Shown here: one piece after another, positions 39,196-48,950 of the stretch
Position numbering within the stretch: position 1 is the stretch's first letter
Layout of the letters: every line of letters starts with the position of its first letter
Origin: a virus
DNA: 64,000 bases
IMG/VR virus record: IMGVR_UViG_3300021093_003900
Location: 51,057 to 115,056 of that record
Direction: 5' to 3' (one strand)
Program-made: the position numbers and the translations under genes
The notes under the pieces: model-generated
Told to the model about the DNA's origin: nothing
What the model saw: the letters and a program-made list of their open reading frames with translations, nothing else
Databases searched by the model: none

Positions 39196-40026
39196 ATGTT
39201 AACAGTTAAAAAAAAACGTAATATCATTTCGGAGGGTTTCGATCAGTTCGGAACCCCCGATTTGAAGTATTATGCCTTTGACTGGGATGATAATATTCTT
39301 CAAATGCCAACAAAGATAATGTTGATGGATGATGAGGGTAATGAAGTTGGTATGTCAACAGAGGACTTTGCAAAATTTCGATCTAAAATTGGAAAGAAAA
39401 ACTTTGAATATGAAGGTCATAAAATCGTTGGGTATGCAGAAGATCCTTTTAGATTTTTTAGGACATTGGGTGATAAAAAATTTTTGTTTGATACCATGAA
39501 TGCTAAACCAGGACCAGCTTGGTCGGACTTCATTGAAGCTATCAATAACGGATCTATTTTTTCTATCATTACAGCTAGAGGGCATAACCCGAGAACAATT
39601 AGAGAAGCTATTTATAATATGATCATACAAAATCATATGGGTATCAACAGAGATTTACTGGTTAAAAACCTGAAGAAGTATAGAAAGATTACCAAGGAAG
39701 GCCCAACAAATACAAAAAATCTTATAAATTACTATTTAGATTTAAACAAATACTACCCAGTTACCTTTGGCGATGATGGTAGTGCTTCAAATCCAGAAGA
39801 ACTCAAAGTAAAAGCACTGAGAGAGTTCATCAACTATGTCAAACAACATGCTAAAAAATTAAATAAGAAACTCTTTATGAAAGATAAAATAAGTAATAGA
39901 TTTTTACCAACAATTGGATTTTCCGATGATGATATAAAGAACTTAGAAAGAATTAAACAAGAATTTATTAAAGAACCTTTATTAAAAACTTATAACACTT
40001 CATCAGGAACAAAAACTAAATTCTAA
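39196..40026 (+). CDS. HAD-superfamily phosphatase-like protein
   Basis: YAFDWDDNI (motif I), IITARG (II), K (III), FSDDD (IV). Confidence 0.75.
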   Translation: MLTVKKKRNIISEGFDQFGTPDLKYYAFDWDDNILQMPTKIMLMDDEGNEVGMSTEDFAKFRSKIGKKNFEYEGHKIVGYAEDPFRFFRTLGDKKFLFDTMNAKPGPAWSDFIEAINNGSIFSIITARGHNPRTIREAIYNMIIQNHMGINRDLLVKNLKKYRKITKEGPTNTKNLINYYLDLNKYYPVTFGDDGSASNPEELKVKALREFINYVKQHAKKLNKKLFMKDKISNRFLPTIGFSDDDIKNLERIKQEFIKEPLLKTYNTSSGTKTKF

Positions 40027-40184
40027 AAAAAATTAAAATAAATTATTATTAAGAACTTCTTCAAGAACATATAATCTTTTTTTATAAAATTAACCAAATT
40101 CATATAGACAATATCACATTAAAAATAAAAGTAAATAGAAAAAAATTTAAAAGCTTATATTTATAAACAAAAAACAAAAAAGTT

Positions 40185-40673
40185 ATGGCTGATTTACTAA
40201 TGAAAATGCCCGTTCCGTATGAACCGAAAAGGGTAAACCGATTTATACTTAGATTTGATTCAACGTTGGGTATTAACGAATGGTATGTTGAATCTACTGA
40301 TAGACCTTCAATTGATATAGCATCTGTTGCAATTCCATTTTTGAATACAGAAACGTATGTGGCTGGAAGATTTAAATGGAATGCTATGAACGTAACATTC
40401 AGAGATCCTATTGGGCCTTCGGCAACACAAGCACTTATGGAGTGGGTTCGTCTGCATGCGGAATCAGTTACTGGTCGTATGGGATATGCTGCTGGATATA
40501 AAAAGAATGTTGATTTAGAAATGTTAGATCCAACAGGTGTAGTTGTTGAAAAATGGATTTTGGATTCATGTATGATAACTAAATCCGCATGGAACCAAGC
40601 ACAGTATAGTCAAGACGGACTTGCAACACTCGCAGTGACACTTCAACCAGATCGTTGTATATTGGTCTACTAA
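40185..40673 (+). CDS. tail tube protein (T4 gp19-like)
   Basis: YEPKR.NRF, RP, Y.AGR..W, DPI, EW, YKK, LDP.G.VVEKW; follows sheath. Confidence 0.88.
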   Translation: MADLLMKMPVPYEPKRVNRFILRFDSTLGINEWYVESTDRPSIDIASVAIPFLNTETYVAGRFKWNAMNVTFRDPIGPSATQALMEWVRLHAESVTGRMGYAAGYKKNVDLEMLDPTGVVVEKWILDSCMITKSAWNQAQYSQDGLATLAVTLQPDRCILVY

Positions 40674-40694
40674 ACTTTAAAAAAAAATATTATA

Positions 40695-40728
40695 AAAAAA
40701 TCCTGTATATTAATATACAGGATTTTTT
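40695..40728. terminator. rho-independent terminator (perfect 34-bp palindrome, potentially bidirectional)
   Basis: AAAAAATCCTGTATAT-TA-ATATACAGGATTTTTT after the tube stop. Confidence 0.8.
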
Positions 40729-40776
40729 GTTTACTTACAAAAAATATCGATTATCTATTATAGTATTTAATTAATT

Positions 40777-41526
40777 ATGGACGAAAATTTGATGAAATAC
40801 GGTCAAGAGAATTTTTCTCTACCGCACGATGTTGTAAAGCTACCTAGTGGAGGTAAGTTTTACCCAAATAAAAAAAAATCAGTAAAAGTAGGTTATTTGA
40901 CCGCTAACGACGAGAATTTGTTAATGGCTACAAATACTGACGATCTGATCATTAATCTTCTAAGATCCAAAGTATACGAACCAGATCTGAGACCAGATGA
41001 AATGATTAACGGTGATTTGGAAGCCATTCTTATTTTTTTGAGAAATACATCATTTGGACACGAATACAATATTAGTGTAAATGATCCAACCACAGGTAAA
41101 CCTTTCAAAGCTGTGATTGGGTTAGACGAACTCGAGTTTAGAAAACCAAACGTAGAACCAGATGATAACGGAACTTGGACTGTTACACTACCAAAGTCAC
41201 AAACATCTGTTACTATACGTCCATTATTGTATAAAGAAATTACAGATATTAATCGTCAAGCCGATTCTTATCCACAGGGACGTGTCGCTCCAAAAGTCAC
41301 TTGGAGATTACAAAAACAAATTGTTTCAATTAATGGTGATAGTCAGAATCAAACAATTGCTAAGTTCATCGACACACTTCCAATTATGGATTCCAAGTTT
41401 ATCAGGAATTTCTTGGATGAGAATGAACCAAAGATTGATCTAAAAAGAATAGTTACAGCCCCGTCAGGAAGTAAGGTCGATGTAGAAGTCACCTTTGGGG
41501 CGGAATTTTTTCGTGTATTCTTCTGA
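40777..41526 (+). CDS. baseplate-hub/tail assembly chaperone (T4 gp26-like)
   Basis: V.LPS.G.FY, LTA.DE.LL, GD..AILIFLR, LP.S, DSK.IR, terminal EFF; between tube and tape measure. Confidence 0.75.
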   Translation: MDENLMKYGQENFSLPHDVVKLPSGGKFYPNKKKSVKVGYLTANDENLLMATNTDDLIINLLRSKVYEPDLRPDEMINGDLEAILIFLRNTSFGHEYNISVNDPTTGKPFKAVIGLDELEFRKPNVEPDDNGTWTVTLPKSQTSVTIRPLLYKEITDINRQADSYPQGRVAPKVTWRLQKQIVSINGDSQNQTIAKFIDTLPIMDSKFIRNFLDENEPKIDLKRIVTAPSGSKVDVEVTFGAEFFRVFF

Positions 41527-41653
41527 TTATAGAGCGTACCTAGTTGACGAGTTTTATATTCTGAATCAAAGATGTAATGTATCTTATTCAGACTATTTGA
41601 AAATGCCAATTTTTTGGAGAAAAAGATTATTGGATAAGATATCCACAACATAA
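41510..41653 (+). CDS. +1-frame extension or small chaperone partner ORF (FVYSSDYRAYLVDEFYIL...SYSDYLKMPIFWRKRLLDKISTT)
   Basis: 47 open codons overlapping the upstream stop; no ATG near its 5' end; SYSD...MP...R motif like gp51/gpT-type segments. Confidence 0.65.
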   Translation, partial: FVYSSDYRAYLVDEFYILNQRCNVSYSDYLKMPIFWRKRLLDKISTT

Positions 41654-41724
41654 TCTACCAATGAACTTAATAAATATCAAATTACTTATTTAATTTTGTA
41701 AATTTAAATATTTATAAAAAAAGA

Positions 41725-43671
41725 TTGATGCAGTCACAACCACCACCACCACCCGGACAAGGGAACAGTTTTTTTGATGAACTTCAAAAAAACGTAAAAG
41801 ACACTTATAATACCATAAATGAAAAACTTAAAGATATTAGGCGTCAAAACGAACTCCTAGATAAGAGTATTCTGGAAAAAAACGAAGCACTAGCAAAAAC
41901 TTTTGGTCGTACTCAAGTTGCCGTAAAAGGTCTCCGATTATCGTTAGTTGAATCATTACCAACCATAACTACTTTGGGGGGTGGTCTTGAAGATGCTTTT
42001 AATATAATACATAAGACTTCCGATGAACTTGGAACTAATAGAATATTATTAGGTGAAACCACAAAAGACCTCTACGCTGTACAGAAAGCTTTCGGCTTAG
42101 AAGGCTATTATATGGGTACATACTTAAAAAATTTCCATGATGCGGGTATAGATGTTGGACTTATTAGGGATAGAATGGAAGAAACTTTGAATATTGCAAG
42201 ATTAGTTGGGGCTAACTCGCACGCAGTGTTTACAAACGTAGCAAATAGTTTAGATCAAATTAATAAGTATGGGTTTAAAGATGGTGTTGAAGGGTTATCA
42301 CGTATGGCCGCCAAAGCAGTATCGATGAGGTTCGATATGTCACAGATATTTAGTTTCGCGGAAAAAGTTTTTAGTCCAGAAGGAGCAATTGAAGCCGTAG
42401 CTACTTTCCAAAGACTAGGTGTTGCCGTTGGTGATTTAGCAGACCCTTTTAGACTTATGTACCTTGCATCAGAAGATGTAGAAGGACTTACAGATCAAGT
42501 TGTAAAAATGACAAGTAAGTTTTCTTATTTTGATGAAAAAAGCAAAGAATTCAAAATTTTTCCATACGCAAAAAGAGATATAAGGGATTTAGGAGCACAA
42601 ATGGGCGCAACTTACGAAGAAATGGTAAAAATGTCTTTCGCACAAACTAAATTAAATAAATTATCTAGTGAATTTAAATTCAATGCTAATGTAAAAGAAA
42701 CCGATAAACAATTAATTGCGAATCTTGCACAATACAGTAAAGAAAAAGGTGATTTTGTTGTTAAGGTCAATCGAGAAGAAAAATTGGTTACTCAACTTAG
42801 TGAAGAAGATATTGAAGAATTAAGAGGTAGACCAGAAACAGTGGAAGACGTTGCCAGAGCCCAACTTGAAGAAAGTGAATTAATCAAAAAGGCAGCAGAG
42901 GGTATTTTTGACCTACTGCGAGGAATAACTGTAGGTGCCAAACCAACACAAGATTTGGCTGAACTTGTAAGAGCCACAAAAGAAGGTGTTAATAAAGCGG
43001 CTACTAAAGCGAGCGGAAATGTAAGAGGTGGTATAAAAAAAGTCGACGAGTTTTACCTTGCCATCTCAAAAAATCTCAAAGCGATAATTGATGACTACAA
43101 TAAGGGTACTATTAATTTTACAGAGTACATAGACAAAATGCAAAAAGCTTCAGAATCATACACTGGTAGTCTTGAAGACTTGTCAAAAAGAATTATAGAA
43201 TATGATTTCCTAAAAAGTATTGATCCAAAAAACAACCCACTTATTAGCAAGGATAATTTAATTGCAGGTGCTGTAGATTCAGTGATAACTGAACTGCTAA
43301 ACGGGGCAAAAAAACTTAATGAGGTTTTCAAAGCCATTAATTTTAATAGCACCCCTAGTCAACAAACATCGTATCAATCTACACCTTCTATGAATCAGAC
43401 AACCCCCCCTTTACAAGCTTATGCAGTTATATTGCCGACACCACCAAAACAATTACCAACTGAATTTACATCAAATAATCAAAATGTTTCGTTTTCACCA
43501 ATCAATGGAAACATAGAGTTGAAAGTTGTTACAGAAGACGGAACAAAAGTAGATTTAACAAATCAAATTGTGAGTAGTGCTGAGTTCCAAAGAAGAGTCG
43601 TATCCCTTATTTCTGAAAGAATGCAAAACCAAAATTACAACAACTTACCAAATTCAACAGCAATTTCGTAG
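41725..43671 (+). CDS. tape measure protein (putative)
   Basis: Helical Ala/Lys/Glu-rich protein after the chaperone; G.L.DPF.LMY motif. Confidence 0.65.
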   Translation: MMQSQPPPPPGQGNSFFDELQKNVKDTYNTINEKLKDIRRQNELLDKSILEKNEALAKTFGRTQVAVKGLRLSLVESLPTITTLGGGLEDAFNIIHKTSDELGTNRILLGETTKDLYAVQKAFGLEGYYMGTYLKNFHDAGIDVGLIRDRMEETLNIARLVGANSHAVFTNVANSLDQINKYGFKDGVEGLSRMAAKAVSMRFDMSQIFSFAEKVFSPEGAIEAVATFQRLGVAVGDLADPFRLMYLASEDVEGLTDQVVKMTSKFSYFDEKSKEFKIFPYAKRDIRDLGAQMGATYEEMVKMSFAQTKLNKLSSEFKFNANVKETDKQLIANLAQYSKEKGDFVVKVNREEKLVTQLSEEDIEELRGRPETVEDVARAQLEESELIKKAAEGIFDLLRGITVGAKPTQDLAELVRATKEGVNKAATKASGNVRGGIKKVDEFYLAISKNLKAIIDDYNKGTINFTEYIDKMQKASESYTGSLEDLSKRIIEYDFLKSIDPKNNPLISKDNLIAGAVDSVITELLNGAKKLNEVFKAINFNSTPSQQTSYQSTPSMNQTTPPLQAYAVILPTPPKQLPTEFTSNNQNVSFSPINGNIELKVVTEDGTKVDLTNQIVSSAEFQRRVVSLISERMQNQNYNNLPNSTAIS

Positions 43672-43710
43672 AAAAAAATCAAGGGTAGGTATTTATTTAT
43701 TAAATAAAAT

Positions 43711-46700
43711 ATGCCATCTAGATTAACATTTGATGCGACTTCGGCAGTAAGGAATAGTTTGTTGACTAGAAACTTGAAACCTTATTATAAACCGGGTGCT
43801 TTTGGTTATTCAGTTTCTAATAGACCCGGTCAATATGAACCAAGTCAATATTCAGTAATTGATTCACCAGATCAATTAATTGATTTAGCCCCATTTGCGG
43901 ATGGTCTATATTTAACCAATGAATTTGGCCCAGAGGGTGGTTTCAATAAAGACATAACTGGATTAATTAGTGTTTCACAAAATCCAACAAATAGAGGGCC
44001 ATATGGGCCGTTTCCCCCATATACAGACGCACTCAAATTATTTTCCACAACCTTCCAAAAGAAAGGACAGATCAAAAACGAATATTCACCAAGAGATGGT
44101 TTCATAAGATATTATGATATTGGTGATATTGTCAAAGTACAAAAAAATGCAACATACTGGGATCCCCCTAGTTTTAGACCTTCATCGTATTCACCATTTA
44201 GTGTCTTATTACAAGAAATCCCAACTGGTTCAAATGGTCCTCTCACAGATGACTCTGAATTAGCTAAATTAGGTGTTGAGTTTCTTAAAAAAGCATACCA
44301 ACAAAGAATAGACCAAAACGTTAGAACAGAAACGTTAGGTCGTGTTAATATTTTAAACGGATTACAAGATCCAATTAACTTATCATTAATTGTTGCTGGT
44401 AAGAGACCTCTTATCTTTAGAGATTACAAAATTACCTCTGGAGGTGGTAATATTTTATCACAAGGACAAGATATTGTTCAAAGAATAGCTGGATTTACAC
44501 TACCATTATCACCAATACCCGGTGATTATTTTACTGTTGATAACCAAGAAAGAAATATTAACTCAATACAATCATTGGTAAAAGATAGTGATGGTGGAAA
44601 AAGAGGGGGTAAATTTGGTTTATTTGGAAGTCGACCAACATCAGCTTCACAATTATTTTTGGATTATACAGGGGAAGGACAAAGAGCACAATTAACCAAT
44701 AATTTAGATTATAATAGATATAGACCTAGATATAATACTGGAGGACGTGGGGTTATATCTGTACTTGGAGAGGCAATATTTGGTTCACAAGCACAGGACT
44801 TGGGTCAAGGTTTATATTATGTTGGATCTCCAGACAGAGAACCAATTTATCTTAATTCACCACCGGGTGTAGTACCAATTAACGAATTTGATGAACAAAT
44901 TTTAGCACCAGTATATGGTCCAGACGTTTTAGGTAAAGAATATGAGAAAGATATCCCCGGAAAGTTAAAATTTGGTTTTGAGGGTACAACATACCAAAGT
45001 CAGGGTGATATAAGTGGAGGCTTTAGTTGGGTTAAAGAATTAGATTCACCTAACGCAGGCAAAAGAGTAAGAGAGAATGGCTCCGCAGGATCACCAGATC
45101 CAAGTTTTCCAAAAAATCAATTCACAGACAGTGAATCTTTCAAAATTCTAGGACCCTATAGCGTTTCAGGTAGCTCGATTTTAGCTAAAACACAAAGACT
45201 TGTTAATTCAATGCCACTTGACGGTCGTAGGTATTCACATGTCGGAAATGCAATCAATCAAATTAGTAAAATTTTTGATGATGGTTATAAACAAATAACT
45301 AAAGGATCAAGAGTTATAAGTTTTACTCCAAACCAACTCAACACCCCACTTGAATATTGTAGAGTGTTTACCAAAGATACACCTTACATTCAATATACCG
45401 ATTTACAGAAATCAGATGGTAATATTAGAAAAGCATCATATTCAATCCTTGACAAAACATATCAACTTAATATTGCACCAGAAAAAGGTGGAGATTCAAT
45501 ATTACGTGGAGAGGGTGGTGTGAAAAAATATATGTTCTCTATTGAGAACTTAGCGTGGAGAACATCATCTAGACCAGGTTTAAGATATCAAGATTTACCA
45601 AAATGTGAACAAGGTCCGAATGGCGGTAGAATTATGTGGTTCCCACCATATGATTTAGATTTTAGTGAGGATACAAGACCTTCATTTAATGAAACTACTT
45701 TCTTGGGAAGACCAGAAATAATTTATACTTATAAAAACACAAGTAGATCTGGAACCTTGAAATGGAAGATCATTGTGGATCATCCCTCAGTTTTAAATCT
45801 AGTTGCTCAAAAAGTATTAGCAAAAAATGAAGGAGAGTTAGCAGACCAAGTAATCAATTCATTTTTTGCTGGATGTAAAAAATATGATCTTTATGATTTA
45901 GCTAGAATTTATAATAATGTCCCATTAACGGACTTACAAGCTTACCAAGAAGTAGTCAATAATCCAAACGTTACCGAAGAGCAATTTTCGAATGTCAAAA
46001 CAGAAATTCAACCTGATCCGCAAAGGGTTTCGGTTCAAACCACCCCACAACCAGAATTCCCAAAGGATGCCTTAGATAAGTATGTAAATTACGGATTTTA
46101 TTTTGATAATGATATCCCAAAAGTTGACCAAGTCAACGCAAACTTTGAGCCTCTGTATAATATTTACACATCGACTCAAAATAAAACATTATACGCCCAA
46201 AATGCTGTTACAACACAAAAACAACCTGTGGAACAATTTTTTTCATCTGTGGTTGAAAGTAACTACGATAAAATGAAAGAGTTGTGTCAAGAAATTTATA
46301 AAATCCTCTCAGAAAATTCTGAAGTAAAGATTGAGATAGGACTTTTATCTTCCGCATCTGAACCAGGGGCAATTCCTTATAATCAGAAACTTTCAGAGAG
46401 AAGGAATAGTTCGGTTGTAAATTTTTTTAATGATTATCAGTTTGAAGGTGGAAAAAGTTTGTATGAGTATATTAATTCACAAAGATTAACTATCAAAACA
46501 TCAGCTTCTGGAGAAACCACAACAGTAAACCCTAAAAAAGGCCCAGATCAATGTGGAAATTCTGTAAATTGTGGTACTCAATTACCAAGCCGCGAAAAAA
46601 TTTATTCTACTAGTGCGATGGCGTGTAGACAAACAAACATACGAAGTATTAATATTACATCTGATCCACGGAATCCAGTTCCAGCAAATGTAGCCCCAAA

Positions 46701-48630
46701 TGTGGTCTTAACACAAGATGGGAGAGAAAATCAAGCTTCAGTAAAACCAAATCCCGTCAGTTTTAATCAACCAACGAAGGATCTTTACAAAGGTGCTTCG
46801 AAAAAATTGTTACGTTTGCTTTTAAACGAGTGTGATTATTTCGAAGTTTTAAAAGAAACAGACTTTTTTTTATACAACTCATTACAAAATAAATTGAAAT
46901 ATTTTAGTCCGTCTTTTCATTCTATGACACCAGAAGGATTAAACGCAAGATTAACTTTTATACAACAGTGTGCTAGACCGGGTGATACTATACCAACCAT
47001 TGGCCCAGATGGACAACCAATATACAATGATGCACTTAATACCTCATTTGGGGTACCACCTGTGTTAGTTCTAAGAATTGGAGATTTTTACAATACAAAA
47101 GTTATACCTACATCTTTTGGAATAACGTACGAAAAAATTTATGATATGAATCCTGAAGGTATTGGGTTTCAACCGATGATCGCTAACATCGCTATGGGGT
47201 TCAATTTCATCGGAGGTTCAGGACTAGCAAAACCAATCGAAACATTACAAAACGCACTATCTTTTAATTATTATGCTAATACTGAAGTTTATGACGAAAG
47301 AGCGGAGTCTACGGACACATCTTTCAATGCTTTGGATAAACAAATAATTGAAAAAATTAAAAATAGACTCCCTGTTGTGGGGGTTTCTAATAACAATCAA
47401 AATTTACAAAATGCTGGGGGAGATACCATTGGTGATTTTACAAAGCTCGGAGAAAATATTTCAGGAGTTACGGGTACTTTGAATTATAGAGGGTTTGTAA
47501 ACGATTTTGTAAATGACACACAATCCTATTACACAAACACAATTACTTTTTTTGATAATATTTTAACAAAATATGGATATGGTTTATTATCACTTATGAA
47601 TACAACAATCCAAAATAACAGAGGATATTCTGAAGGAGTTTTAGGAACAACACCAACATATCTATATGGGAAACCACTTTTATATCAGATAAATGTTGAT
47701 ACAAATTTTGCCATTTTACAATCATACATTGAAGCACAAGATTTAAATATATTTTCAGCCGCGTCAATAAACTCATCTGAAAACGTAATATTCGGCATTG
47801 GTGAAATGAGTGATCCTGTAGTTACTCAAACACAAAAAGATTTGTTTAAAAACAATTATCAAAGATATTTGGATACCTACAGATCAAACTTCATAAACGA
47901 TGCGACTGAAATGGTTTCTGGATTAGTACAATTTCAACAGAATTATGTATTTCAAATCGATAAAATTACGTTTGTCACAACATTACTTGCTGATGGAAAA
48001 ATTAATTCAAAAGGTGTTGGAATAATTTATGAGTTTTCAGGATCATCAACAACTCAAACACAACTAATTACGGATATTAATCAGTTAGCAAGTGGTAATA
48101 CCGCGTTCTTGGGTTCACTTAAATCAAGTGGATTATATGTGGACAATTACCAAGTACAACCTCAAACAGTCCCGAATCCACAAACACAAATTTTTAACCT
48201 TGACGACCCAAGTCTATCCACATTTAAATCGTCCAATGCTTTAATATCTGCACCGCAACAAGTAGAGTTTTTAATTCTGAATAAAATATACAGAGACATT
48301 ACAACCTTGAGAGAATTTGTTAATCAACTGACAATAGGACTTAATCGTGATACTAAAGATATAGTTGAAAGATACTATGGAACTTTCCTAAAAAACACCT
48401 ATGATAATCTTACAACTGACGGAAAAAATCTTTTGAATAATTATAAACTCACACTTGGTAAAAATTATGTAAACTTCACACCGCCTTTTGAAAACAATCA
48501 AGAAAGAGTAATTGAGTTTCAAGAGAATCCGAATAATCCGATTACTGCATTTATTTTACAAGAATTATATTCACCGAACAATACAGATACTGAGGTAACA
48601 AATTTTAATTCAAAAAAGAAATTTAACTAA
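43711..48630 (+). CDS. large baseplate/tube-initiator protein with OmpA-like domain
   Basis: WFPPYDL.FSE, FLGRPE.IYTY, PPVLVLRIGDF; internal YFDND...SAS...YNQKLSERR. Confidence 0.65.
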   Translation: MPSRLTFDATSAVRNSLLTRNLKPYYKPGAFGYSVSNRPGQYEPSQYSVIDSPDQLIDLAPFADGLYLTNEFGPEGGFNKDITGLISVSQNPTNRGPYGPFPPYTDALKLFSTTFQKKGQIKNEYSPRDGFIRYYDIGDIVKVQKNATYWDPPSFRPSSYSPFSVLLQEIPTGSNGPLTDDSELAKLGVEFLKKAYQQRIDQNVRTETLGRVNILNGLQDPINLSLIVAGKRPLIFRDYKITSGGGNILSQGQDIVQRIAGFTLPLSPIPGDYFTVDNQERNINSIQSLVKDSDGGKRGGKFGLFGSRPTSASQLFLDYTGEGQRAQLTNNLDYNRYRPRYNTGGRGVISVLGEAIFGSQAQDLGQGLYYVGSPDREPIYLNSPPGVVPINEFDEQILAPVYGPDVLGKEYEKDIPGKLKFGFEGTTYQSQGDISGGFSWVKELDSPNAGKRVRENGSAGSPDPSFPKNQFTDSESFKILGPYSVSGSSILAKTQRLVNSMPLDGRRYSHVGNAINQISKIFDDGYKQITKGSRVISFTPNQLNTPLEYCRVFTKDTPYIQYTDLQKSDGNIRKASYSILDKTYQLNIAPEKGGDSILRGEGGVKKYMFSIENLAWRTSSRPGLRYQDLPKCEQGPNGGRIMWFPPYDLDFSEDTRPSFNETTFLGRPEIIYTYKNTSRSGTLKWKIIVDHPSVLNLVAQKVLAKNEGELADQVINSFFAGCKKYDLYDLARIYNNVPLTDLQAYQEVVNNPNVTEEQFSNVKTEIQPDPQRVSVQTTPQPEFPKDALDKYVNYGFYFDNDIPKVDQVNANFEPLYNIYTSTQNKTLYAQNAVTTQKQPVEQFFSSVVESNYDKMKELCQEIYKILSENSEVKIEIGLLSSASEPGAIPYNQKLSERRNSSVVNFFNDYQFEGGKSLYEYINSQRLTIKTSASGETTTVNPKKGPDQCGNSVNCGTQLPSREKIYSTSAMACRQTNIRSINITSDPRNPVPANVAPNVVLTQDGRENQASVKPNPVSFNQPTKDLYKGASKKLLRLLLNECDYFEVLKETDFFLYNSLQNKLKYFSPSFHSMTPEGLNARLTFIQQCARPGDTIPTIGPDGQPIYNDALNTSFGVPPVLVLRIGDFYNTKVIPTSFGITYEKIYDMNPEGIGFQPMIANIAMGFNFIGGSGLAKPIETLQNALSFNYYANTEVYDERAESTDTSFNALDKQIIEKIKNRLPVVGVSNNNQNLQNAGGDTIGDFTKLGENISGVTGTLNYRGFVNDFVNDTQSYYTNTITFFDNILTKYGYGLLSLMNTTIQNNRGYSEGVLGTTPTYLYGKPLLYQINVDTNFAILQSYIEAQDLNIFSAASINSSENVIFGIGEMSDPVVTQTQKDLFKNNYQRYLDTYRSNFINDATEMVSGLVQFQQNYVFQIDKITFVTTLLADGKINSKGVGIIYEFSGSSTTQTQLITDINQLASGNTAFLGSLKSSGLYVDNYQVQPQTVPNPQTQIFNLDDPSLSTFKSSNALISAPQQVEFLILNKIYRDITTLREFVNQLTIGLNRDTKDIVERYYGTFLKNTYDNLTTDGKNLLNNYKLTLGKNYVNFTPPFENNQERVIEFQENPNNPITAFILQELYSPNNTDTEVTNFNSKKKFN

Positions 48631-48950
48631 TGGAACAATATTACAATAGATATAAAGAGTTTCTTATTAATGGACAACAAACTGTGGTACCATTTGTTTC
48701 ATTACCTTCAAAAGGTACCGATCAACGATACATTTATAAAGTTGCTGTTAGTCGATTGGATAAAATATCCCAACAATATTATAATACTCCTTTTTTTGGT
48801 TGGTTGATTTTACAAGCAAATCCCGAGTATGGTGGATTAGAATGGAATATTCCAGATAATTCAATAATTACAATTCCGTTTCCTTTGGTTTCTTCACTGC
48901 AAGATTATCAAAACGCTTTGAACAATTATTTCTTATATTATGGCAGGTAA
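48630..48950 (+). CDS. LysM-like baseplate protein (gp53/tail protein X-like)
   Basis: RLDKISQQYY....GWLILQANP...I.IP. Confidence 0.75.
   Translation: MEQYYNRYKEFLINGQQTVVPFVSLPSKGTDQRYIYKVAVSRLDKISQQYYNTPFFGWLILQANPEYGGLEWNIPDNSIITIPFPLVSSLQDYQNALNNYFLYYGR

Noticed and set aside
40027-40184. AT-rich intergenic stretch as a replication origin or ncRNA
   Set aside because: No iterons or convincing structure; explained as the promoter region of the tube gene.
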